64,000 bases of DNA from Dehalococcoidia bacterium (GTDB lineage: Bacteria > Chloroflexota > Dehalococcoidia > SHYD01): positions 15,459 to 79,458 of the forward strand of contig SHYD01000003.1 in the NCBI GenBank assembly GCA_009692945.1. The letters run 5' to 3'. The translations under genes and the position numbers were made by a program. Under the pieces are notes generated by a model. It did no database searches. It was given only the letters and a program-made list of their open reading frames with translations, and was not told the origin of the DNA. Positions 1 to 8,635 of the stretch are shown here, piece by piece. Within the stretch, counting starts at the first letter, position 1. Each line of letters begins with the position of its first letter.

Positions 1-33
1 CCCGATCGCACTGACACTCAAGGAGCAACAGGT

Positions 34-942
34 ATGGAATGGAATTTTGAACTGGTGGCTGGGCCCTACGGCGGCACCACGGAAGGCCCGGCCTGGGACG
101 GGTCGGCGCTGCTGTTCAGCTTCACCCACGGCAACCTGGTGCTGCGCTACAACCCCACCACCGGCCAGACCACCGAGTTCCGGAAGCACACCAACCGCAC
201 CAACGGCTTGGCGTTCTCGGCCCGGGGCGAACTATTTGCATGCCAGCAGTTCTCCCGCCGCATCATCCGGTTCAATCCGGACGGGTCCAGCGCCCCGATG
301 CCGTATCTGCTGGACGGCCAGTACCACAACAACCCCAACGACCTGGCCATCGACAAGCAGGACCGCATCTGGTTCAGCGACCCCATCCACCGGCTGTCGT
401 TGATGAGTTCACCGCAGCCCCACTTCGAGCATCAGTCGGTGCTGCGGCTGGAGCAGCGGTTCGACCGCTCATGGATCCTGCGGCGGATGACCTTCGATAC
501 CAGTTCGCCCAACGGTCTGCTGGTGTCCGAAGACCAGAAGACGCTGTACGTGGCCGACAGCAGCCCCGTGACCCGCCTGGCCGAGTTGCGGGCCTACCCC
601 ATTCGGGACGATGGTAACCTCGGCGCCTATACGGTGCTGCACACCTGGGGCCACGATCACCGCGGGGCGCAGCGGGGCATCGACGGCATGTGCTTGGACG
701 AAGCGGGGAACATCATCGCCTGCGCAGGGGCGAACCGGAGTGGCGCCGGCCCGATGATCTACGTGTTCTCACCCACCGGGCGGGTGCTCTCGACTCACCC
801 AACACCGGTGGACGACCCGACCAACTGCACCTTCGGCGGGCCGAACCTGGAGGACCTGTACGTCACCACGCTCAAAGGGCACCTATTCAAGGTGAGCAAC
901 ACCGGCCACCGGGGCTGGCTGATCTATCCGCCGAAGAGTTGA
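34..942 (+). CDS. SMP-30/gluconolactonase/LRE family protein
   Basis: 302-aa ORF with AGGAG upstream of the ATG. Propeller-type motifs seen by eye: GPAWD, NDLAIDKQDRIWFSDP, PNGLLVSEDQKTLYVADS, DGMCLDEAGNI. Confidence 0.8.
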   Translation: MEWNFELVAGPYGGTTEGPAWDGSALLFSFTHGNLVLRYNPTTGQTTEFRKHTNRTNGLAFSARGELFACQQFSRRIIRFNPDGSSAPMPYLLDGQYHNNPNDLAIDKQDRIWFSDPIHRLSLMSSPQPHFEHQSVLRLEQRFDRSWILRRMTFDTSSPNGLLVSEDQKTLYVADSSPVTRLAELRAYPIRDDGNLGAYTVLHTWGHDHRGAQRGIDGMCLDEAGNIIACAGANRSGAGPMIYVFSPTGRVLSTHPTPVDDPTNCTFGGPNLEDLYVTTLKGHLFKVSNTGHRGWLIYPPKS

Positions 943-957
943 CCGGGAGGGCCCGGC

Positions 958-1536
958 TCAGGAGCCGCCGTCGGGCCGCTCCGCCCGCATCAGGTGGCGC
1001 CAGACCCGCAGCAACCCCGCCACGCTTTTGGCGTCCCGGATCGCGCCAGACTCGACCATCGCTAGGGCCTCGTCCAGCGGCACCGTCTCCACCTCGATGT
1101 GTTCGTCGTCGTCGTGGGCCAGCTTGCTGGGGCGCAGGTCCGTTGCGAGGAAAAGGTGCAGGAACTCCTGGCAGTAGCCCGGTGCGGCGTAGAACCCGCC
1201 CAGGGGTGTGAGCGTGCCCGGATAGTGCCCGATTTCCTCCTGGAGCTCGCGGATCGCTCCGTCGGCGGGCGATTCGTTCCCGTCAAGGCCGCCGGCCGGC
1301 AGCTCCAGCAGCGCCTGTTCGATGGGCTTGCGGTACTGGCGCACCAGCAGGACGCGTCCTTTGGCGTCGAGCGGGGCGACGACCACCGCGTCCGCGTGCT
1401 CGATGATCTCCCTGGTGCCGGTCTTGCCGTCGGGCAGACGCACGTCGTCGACTCGGAGGCCCACCACCCTGCCCTTGAAGATCGACCGGCTCGCGAGGGT
1501 GGGCTCGTTGGTGGGGAAGGGGGCGGGATCGGGCAC
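958..1536 (-). CDS. NUDIX hydrolase (ADP-ribose pyrophosphatase-like)
   Basis: Nudix box GGLDGNESPADGAIRELQEEIG. The long ORF 958..1770 is trimmed to the GTG at 1536, which is preceded by GGAGAAAGAGG. The longer form would overlap the next gene. Confidence 0.8.
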   Translation of the reverse strand: MPDPAPFPTNEPTLASRSIFKGRVVGLRVDDVRLPDGKTGTREIIEHADAVVVAPLDAKGRVLLVRQYRKPIEQALLELPAGGLDGNESPADGAIRELQEEIGHYPGTLTPLGGFYAAPGYCQEFLHLFLATDLRPSKLAHDDDEHIEVETVPLDEALAMVESGAIRDAKSVAGLLRVWRHLMRAERPDGGS

Positions 1537-1610
1537 GGGCCTCTTTCTCCGTGAGGTGATTAACCGCTGGGTATGCCGCCGGTGGGTGCCCTCGGTGGGT
1601 GATGGAAGGT

Positions 1611-2207
1611 TCAGACCGACCGGCCGACGTTGGTCCACATCGGGAACAGTACGGTGGGGATGTCTTCGGGATCCTGCTGCAGGCTCTCGGCGCCGCCCGG
1701 CCGTAGATGGTAGACCATCGCGTACTCGTTGCAGCTCGGGAACTTGGGGCAGCGCAGGCACTCGCCCCACACCTTGCGGGGCAGGCTCATCACATCCACC
1801 TGTTCGAAGCCGAACTGGGCGTAATAGTCCACCTTGTGGGTGAGCACGAACACCGTGGCCAGGCTGAGGGCCCGCGCTTCGTTGAAGCAGTGGTTCATCA
1901 GCATCTTGCCGAGGCCGTGCGACTGGTAGTCCTCGTCGACCGCCACCGCCTTAATCTCCGCCAGGTCCGACCAGACGATGTGGAGGGAGGCGCAGGCGAT
2001 AACCTCGTCTCCCTGCTTGATGACCAGGTAGTCCCGGGCGTTCTCGTACAGTTCACTCAAGGGCCGGTGCAGCATATCGTTGCGGTCGGCGAAGGGGGTG
2101 ATCAGCGCGTGGATCTTGGGCATGTCGGCCAGGGCGGCCCGCTGGATCTTGAAGCGGGCTGCCTTCTTCCTGACCGGCGTCGCGGTTGAGATCGCCTGAG
2201 TCGCCAT
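1611..2207 (-). CDS. GNAT family N-acetyltransferase (short ArgA-like)
   Basis: ORF 1611..2360 trimmed to the ATG at 2207 (MATQAIS...). Acetyl-CoA binding region AVDEDYQSHGLGKMLMNH and the typical C-terminal part of short amino-acid N-acetyltransferases. Confidence 0.7.
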   Translation of the reverse strand: MATQAISTATPVRKKAARFKIQRAALADMPKIHALITPFADRNDMLHRPLSELYENARDYLVIKQGDEVIACASLHIVWSDLAEIKAVAVDEDYQSHGLGKMLMNHCFNEARALSLATVFVLTHKVDYYAQFGFEQVDVMSLPRKVWGECLRCPKFPSCNEYAMVYHLRPGGAESLQQDPEDIPTVLFPMWTNVGRSV

Positions 2208-2326
2208 GGCGCACGTCCTAACTCGACTCGCCGACGGCGGGCCGGCGAGCAACTTTCGTAACCCATGCTGGTATCTAGTTAGATTATTGCATGGCGGTGT
2301 GGCCGCCGGCCAAACCACCGGTCGGC

Positions 2327-2347
2327 GGTAAGAGTTCACATTTGAGG
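2327..2347 (-). repeat. Solo 3'-terminal fragment of the interspersed repeat family (GGTAAGAGTTCACATTTGAGG)
   Basis: Matches the conserved terminus seen at 45571, 51006 and, reverse-complemented, at 55295-55315. Only 21 nt. Confidence 0.4.
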
Positions 2348-2625
2348 AGAGGCAAGCCAAGGTGCCAAGACGGACGGGGAAGCTAAGGAAACTTCTCGCC
2401 GGGCTCGAAGCGTATCGATGCGATCGCGCAGCGGCTCGTTATTGTTCGAGCGAAGCGAGAATCTGCGTCGCCGGACTGCGATCGATTCGAATCTGAACTC
2501 CACTCGGCGGCGGTGCGTTGGCGCCGTTGTTTCAGCGGTGCGCCGTTCCACGCTACAATACCCCACACAGCCGGTGTTAATCCATTGGCCCATTCCGGTT
2601 ACCCGGGCGGGAAGAGGGTCCATTC

Positions 2626-3614
2626 GTGGTTGCTCAAGATATCGCCCGCATCAACGATCAGGTGAAAGCAGCCAGCGGGTTCGTGGAACCGCTGCTGGCC
2701 GAGGTGGGGAAGGTCATCGTCGGCCAGAAGGCGCTACTGGACCGTCTGCTGATCGCCCTGCTGTGCCACGGGCATATTCTCATCGAAGGCGTGCCAGGGC
2801 TGGCGAAGACGCTGACCGTCCGGACCCTTGCCGATGCCATCGACGCCCGGTTCCAGCGGGTGCAGTTCACCCCGGACCTGCTCCCCGCCGATCTGGTCGG
2901 TACGCTGGTGTACAACCCTCAATCCGGCAATTTCACCACCCGCAAGGGCCCTATTTTCGCCAACATCGTGCTGGCCGACGAGATCAACCGCGCCCCCGCC
3001 AAGGTCCAGAGCGCTTTGCTCGAGGCAATGCAGGAACGGCAGGTGACCATCGGCGACACCACCTTCCCGTTGGACGAACCATTCCTGGTGCTCGCAACCC
3101 AAAACCCCATTGAGCAGGAGGGCACCTACCACCTTCCCGAGGCGCAGGTGGACCGCTTCATGCTCAAGGTAAACGTGGGGTACCCGACTCGACAGGAGGA
3201 GCGCGTCATCATAGACCGCATGATGGCGGAGGAACCGCCCGCGGTGCGGCCGGTGGTAAACACCCAAGTGCTCAACCAGGCACGGCGCGTCGCCCGGTCG
3301 GTCCATATGGAGGACTCGCTGAAGGAGTACATCATCAGCGTGATCTTCGCCACACGGGAGCCCGAAGCGCACCGGCTGGCGGAATTGAAGCCACTGATCG
3401 CCTTCGGCGCGTCGCCCCGGGCGTCGATCTATTTGGCGCTGGCCGCGAAGGCGCATGCGTTCCTGCGGGGCCGCGGGTTTGTCGTTCCGGAAGACATCAA
3501 GGACGTGATCTACGATGTGCTGCGCCACCGGATCATCGTGACCTATGAAGCCGAGGCCGAGGACGTCACTTCCGAGACGATCATCCGGCGGGTGCTGCAG
3601 GAGGTGGAGGTCCC

Positions 3615-3618
<4 letters not shown>
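2626..3618 (+). CDS. MoxR family AAA+ ATPase
   Basis: GTG start after GGGAAGAGGG. Walker A GVPGLAKT, Walker B VLADEINRA, then PAKVQSALLEAMQERQVTI. First gene of a Bat-like operon. Confidence 0.9.
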
Positions 3619-4622
<1,004 letters not shown>

Positions 4623-4627
4623 CGTCG

Positions 4628-5614
4628 ATGACCGCCAGAGTTCTGATGACGGTGATGTTGGTGACGCTGGCTGCATTGTTGCTCCCAGGCCCGACATCTG
4701 CCGAAGGGCCGGTAACCGTCGAGGCGGTGCTGAATCAGACGACGTTTCGTTTGGGCGACCCGATTGAGCTGCGCCTCGTCATCTCCTACCAGCGCGGGGT
4801 CACGATCGACTCCCTCGATCCGGCCGGCAAGCTGGGAGGATTGGAATTGCTCCAATTGAAGGAGCGGACCGCCGGCTGGCAGTTGGACGGGACGCAGACC
4901 CTCACTCTGGTTTACAGCGTGAGCGGTTATATTCCCGGACAGTACCAACTACCCCCCATCAGCGTCTCATTTTCGATGGCGGATGGACAGCCGGGAACAG
5001 CCGCAACCTCCGGGGGGGTTGTGGTGGAAGTTCAAAGCGTCCTGGGGAACGGCAACGAGCCGTTTCGAGACATCAAGCCACCGCTCCCCATCGAGCGTGA
5101 ACCGGTCGCGTGGTCTCGGAATGCCGCGGCCGCCGCGTTGGTGCTGGCAGTTTCCCTGCTGTTGGTGCTGGCGGGCCGGCGGTTGCTGCGGCGCAGATTT
5201 GTACCCGCCGCAGCCATCACCTTGAATGCCGAAGATGAGGCGGGCGCGCAGTTAGCCCGCCTTGGCGCCATGGCGCTGACCACCCCGGAGGAGTTCCAGG
5301 AGTATTATGGGGGCGTTTCGAGGTGCGTGAGGCGCTACCTGGACCGGCGCTATGAACTGTCCGCCGCCACCTCAACCTCGCGGGAGGTCCGGGTGGCGAT
5401 GGAGAGCCGCGGGCTCCATCCCTGGCAGGCACGTATCATCAGCGACCTGCTCGACGAGTGCGATGCGGCAAGATGGGCGCACTACCAGCCCGACATACCG
5501 AGGGCACGGCGGGCCGTCACCATCGCGTTCGAGATAGTCGACCTGGCGGGCGGCGGCCGTGCCGAGTTGAGCGAGCCGGTGGGCGGCGGGACGGCCCGCA
5601 AGGATGCGTTCTAA
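4628..5614 (+). CDS. BatD/DUF4381-like membrane protein
   Basis: Signal peptide (MTARVLMTVMLVTLAALLLPGPTSAEG), a beta-rich ectodomain, one TM helix (AAAALVLAVSLLLVLAG RRLLRRR) and a cytoplasmic tail ending ...DECDAARWAHYQPD. Positioned between DUF58 and the VWA genes. Confidence 0.55.
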   Translation: MTARVLMTVMLVTLAALLLPGPTSAEGPVTVEAVLNQTTFRLGDPIELRLVISYQRGVTIDSLDPAGKLGGLELLQLKERTAGWQLDGTQTLTLVYSVSGYIPGQYQLPPISVSFSMADGQPGTAATSGGVVVEVQSVLGNGNEPFRDIKPPLPIEREPVAWSRNAAAAALVLAVSLLLVLAGRRLLRRRFVPAAAITLNAEDEAGAQLARLGAMALTTPEEFQEYYGGVSRCVRRYLDRRYELSAATSTSREVRVAMESRGLHPWQARIISDLLDECDAARWAHYQPDIPRARRAVTIAFEIVDLAGGGRAELSEPVGGGTARKDAF

Positions 5615-5617
5615 GCG

Positions 5618-6592
5618 ATGCTGTTGCGTTTCGCTGCTCCGGGGTTCCTGCTGCTGCTGCTGGCGGCAACCGCCATCTTCTATTGGCAGCTCCGCTTCGG
5701 GCGGGCCGGCGAGCCGCCGCTGCGCTTCTCGTCCTTGCGGGTAGCCGGTCTCATGGTCCGGTCGTTCCGCCAGCGCCTGCGGCCCCTCCCGGGCATCCTG
5801 CGGGCCATCGCCCTCGTGCTGTTGGTGGTGGGCTTGGCCCGGCCCACCGTAAGCCGGCCGGTGGAAGCCAGCCCCGGCGCCGGGATCGACATCGTGCTGG
5901 CCCTGGACATCTCTTCCAGCATGTCCGCCACCGATCTGGGCGTCCGTAACCGGCTGGAAACCGCGAAGAACGTCATGCGGGAGTTTCTGGCGAACCGCAC
6001 TGGGGACCGCGTCGGTCTGGTGGGGTTCGCCTCGGAAGCGGTGACGGTGAGTCCTCTTTCCCTCGACTATCCGATCCTGTTGGGGCTGCTGGATGACGTT
6101 AACTTCGGCCGACTGCCCGATGGCACGGCTATCGGGCACGGACTGGCCACCGCCGTGAACCTGCTGCGGGACGCCAAGGGGAAGAGCCGGGTGGTGATCC
6201 TGCTCACCGATGGCGAGAATAACGCCGGTGAAATTGCGCCCGGCACCGCGGCGAAGATGGCGCAGGCGCTCAATATCAAGGCCTACACCATCCTGGTGGG
6301 CGCTTCCGGCAACCGCCCGCGCCCGGGCAGCAACCGTCCGGCCCCCGCCTCCCCGGGTGAGGAAACGTTGCAACAGATCAGCGATGCGACAGGGGCGGCG
6401 TTCTTCCGGGCCACCGATGAAGAGACGCTGCGCCAGATCTATGAGAGCATCGGGCGGCTGGAAAAGACGGAGACCGGCCAGCAGAAGTTCGTCGAGGTGA
6501 TCGACCTGGGCTTTTATCTGTTCCTTGGGGGCGTGGTCGCGCTTTTGTTGGAATCGTTGCTGCGCAACTCGTGGCTGCGGCGGGCGCCATGA
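5618..6592 (+). CDS. VWA domain protein, BatA-like
   Basis: N-terminal TM helices, MIDAS DISSSMSATD, LLTDGENNAG, and a C-terminal TM helix. Confidence 0.85.
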   Translation: MLLRFAAPGFLLLLLAATAIFYWQLRFGRAGEPPLRFSSLRVAGLMVRSFRQRLRPLPGILRAIALVLLVVGLARPTVSRPVEASPGAGIDIVLALDISSSMSATDLGVRNRLETAKNVMREFLANRTGDRVGLVGFASEAVTVSPLSLDYPILLGLLDDVNFGRLPDGTAIGHGLATAVNLLRDAKGKSRVVILLTDGENNAGEIAPGTAAKMAQALNIKAYTILVGASGNRPRPGSNRPAPASPGEETLQQISDATGAAFFRATDEETLRQIYESIGRLEKTETGQQKFVEVIDLGFYLFLGGVVALLLESLLRNSWLRRAP

Positions 6593-6602
6593 GGTGTTGC
6601 TG

Positions 6603-8366
6603 ATGCGGTTCGAAGAGCCCCAGGCGCTGCTGCTGCTGCCGGCGGTGGCAGCAGCAGCAGCGCTGTGCTGGTTCACCTTCCGATGGAAGGACCGCACCCT
6701 GGCATTGTTTGCTCGTGGGGAAACCATGCCGTCGTTGGTGGCCTCGGTGAGCCGGGGCCGGCAGCGGGCCAAGGTGGTCCTCGGCCTGATGGCGCTGGTG
6801 CTGTTGGTGGTGGGGCTGGCCAAACCGTTTTGGGGCGAAACCACCAGGGGGGCGGCGCCTCAACAGGCGGACATCCTGCTGGTTATGGATGTTTCGCTGA
6901 GCATGGCGGCCACCGACGTCCGTCCTTCCCGCCTCGAACAGGCCAAGGCCCAGGCGTTGGCGCTCGTCGATCGTCTCCAAGGCGACCGCATCGGCCTGGT
7001 GGTGTTCGCCGGCGCCCCCTCCTTGCGGTTCCCGCTGACGTACGATTACGGCGCGGCCCGGTCGCTGATCCGGGCGGTGGAGCCCGATTCTGCGCCGTCG
7101 CCCGGCAGCGCGCTGGCCGACGGCATTCTGACCGCCGTCCGGGCGCTACGCCAGAGCGATGCGCCGGTGCGGGCGGTCTTCTTGTTGAGCGATGGCGAAG
7201 ACCTGGGCAGCCAGATCACCATGGCGGTCCAGGAGGCGGTTGCCGAGGGCGTGGCGGTGTCGACCCTCGGCGCAGGCACGTCCCAGGGCGGGACGATACC
7301 GGTGCGGGGTCCGGGCGGGACGATGACCCTCAAGCGAGACCGCAGCGGGCAGATCGTTCAGACGCGGCTCGATGCCGGGGCGTTGGAGTCGCTGGCGGAG
7401 AAGACAGGTGGCCGCTACGCGCTGGCGACGGACAACGGCAGAGAACTTGTGGCGCTGTACCAACGAGTGCAGCAACAACTAAACAGCCGGGTCTCGGAGC
7501 AACAGAGCGTTGCTGAGGACCTGGGTTCTTGGTTCGTAGTGGGGGGGGTGCTGCTGCTCATGGTCGAGATGCTGCTGCCGGAGCGGCGGGGCGCCCGGCG
7601 GCGCCCCAATACCGCCGCGGTGTTGCCGCTGGTGGCCGTTTTGTTCGCCGGAGCCTGTACCGGGGACTCGGGTCCGATTTTCAAGATGAACGAAGAAGGG
7701 GCCAAGTTCTTCAAAGAGGGCAATTTCCCCGCCGCTCTCGACCGGTTCCGGCAGGCGCAGGTGCGCCGTCCGGACCTGCCGCCACTGACCTTCAACGTGG
7801 GCGGCGCGCTGTACAAGACTCAGGAGTTCGACCGGGCGCTTCGAGAGACCCAGCGGGTGCTGGATAGCGATGATGCCGGATTGAGAGCCCGCGCCAATTT
7901 CAACATGGGCAATGCGTACTTCAAGAAAGAGCAGTATCAGGACGCCTTCGACGCGTACAAGCGGGCGCTGAAGGACAACCCGTTGGATCTCGACGCCAAG
8001 ATCAACCTTGAGTTGACACTGCGGCGGTTGGAGGAGCGCCAACAGCAGCAGTCACCCCCCGGGCAAACCCCGGGGCAGGACTCCCCGCCGCCGGGCGGGC
8101 AGAGCCCTCCCCAACCGCAACCCCCCGGCAACAACCCTCCCGGTCCGCCGGGGCAACCCTCGGATAACACCCAGCCGGGCCCAGCTCAGCCCGACCCGTC
8201 GGCGGAGTTGCGCCGGGCACTACGGGATGCAGGGCAAGAGGTGGACATCGAGGACGCGCTGCGTATCCTCGATGCGTTGCGGTTGAAGGAACAGCAGATG
8301 CAAGACCGGTTCAACCGCCAGCCGCCAGGCCGTGGTCCGGCGCAGCGGCCAGACAAGGACTGGTAG
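6603..8366 (+). CDS. VWA plus TPR domain protein (BatB/BatC-like fusion) with a Pro/Gln-rich tail
   Basis: ORF 6525..8366 trimmed to the ATG at 6603 (MRFEEPQALLLLP). MIDAS MDVSLSMAATD, a TM helix, TPR-like repeats (FNMGNAYFKKEQYQDAFDAYKRALKDNP), and a P/Q/G-rich tail. Confidence 0.8.
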   Translation: MRFEEPQALLLLPAVAAAAALCWFTFRWKDRTLALFARGETMPSLVASVSRGRQRAKVVLGLMALVLLVVGLAKPFWGETTRGAAPQQADILLVMDVSLSMAATDVRPSRLEQAKAQALALVDRLQGDRIGLVVFAGAPSLRFPLTYDYGAARSLIRAVEPDSAPSPGSALADGILTAVRALRQSDAPVRAVFLLSDGEDLGSQITMAVQEAVAEGVAVSTLGAGTSQGGTIPVRGPGGTMTLKRDRSGQIVQTRLDAGALESLAEKTGGRYALATDNGRELVALYQRVQQQLNSRVSEQQSVAEDLGSWFVVGGVLLLMVEMLLPERRGARRRPNTAAVLPLVAVLFAGACTGDSGPIFKMNEEGAKFFKEGNFPAALDRFRQAQVRRPDLPPLTFNVGGALYKTQEFDRALRETQRVLDSDDAGLRARANFNMGNAYFKKEQYQDAFDAYKRALKDNPLDLDAKINLELTLRRLEERQQQQSPPGQTPGQDSPPPGGQSPPQPQPPGNNPPGPPGQPSDNTQPGPAQPDPSAELRRALRDAGQEVDIEDALRILDALRLKEQQMQDRFNRQPPGRGPAQRPDKDW

Positions 8367-8414
8367 CGGGGCAGGTGAGCCGGTCCGGTCAGGCCGTCTC
8401 GAAAACCGGGGAGG

Positions 8415-8557
8415 CCGTGGGGGGTTGTGTCGGTTTTTCGTTCCGTTGCCCCCCCCCCCGAAAAAGAGAGAGTTTTTGTTCTTGGGGGACACCCCCAAGC
8501 CCCCGGCAGGAGGCTTCCCCCCCCCTGCACTCCCCATGTGACCGCGAACCGAGGTCG
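8415..8557 (+). repeat. Interspersed repeat, diverged subfamily copy
   Basis: Contains GAAAAAGAGAGAGTTTTTGTTCTTGGGGGACACCCCCAAGCCCCCGGCAGGAGGC...CTGCACTCCCC. Its closest relative is the copy at 21043-21180. Lies between convergent gene ends. Confidence 0.7.
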
Positions 8558-8635
8558 CCGCATCCACAAGATGTGGGTAACGAATAGCCCTTCGAGGGAG
8601 AGGGGGCCCGAACGAGTCCGAGCCGATATTCGGGG

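Noticed and set aside
943-957. CCGGG-AGGG-CCCGG mini-hairpin between convergent genes, considered as a terminator
   Set aside because: It has only a 5-bp stem in a 15-nt gap and no U-tract, so it is not distinguishable from background in GC-rich DNA.
958-1770. Long 270-aa form of the NUDIX ORF
   Set aside because: The N-terminal 77 aa are Arg/Pro-rich and overlap the 3' end of the GNAT gene. An internal GTG with a strong RBS gives a normal-length Nudix protein.
2420-2427. GCGATCGC (HIP1-like) palindromes, also seen near 12713, 54545, 56257 and 57825
   Set aside because: I saw about five occurrences, against roughly 2-3 expected from composition in 64 kb. That is not enough to claim enrichment.
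2470-2505. tRNA-like T-loop string GATTCGAATC in the 2208-2625 spacer
   Set aside because: The flanking bases do not form a T-stem, and no acceptor or anticodon arms can be drawn. It is not a tRNA.
5372-6844. 490-aa ORF on the minus strand opposite the BatA/BatB-like genes
   Set aside because: It has Arg/Pro/Gly/Gln-dominated composition, no motif and no RBS, and it fully overlaps two well-supported VWA genes. This is a typical high-GC shadow ORF.
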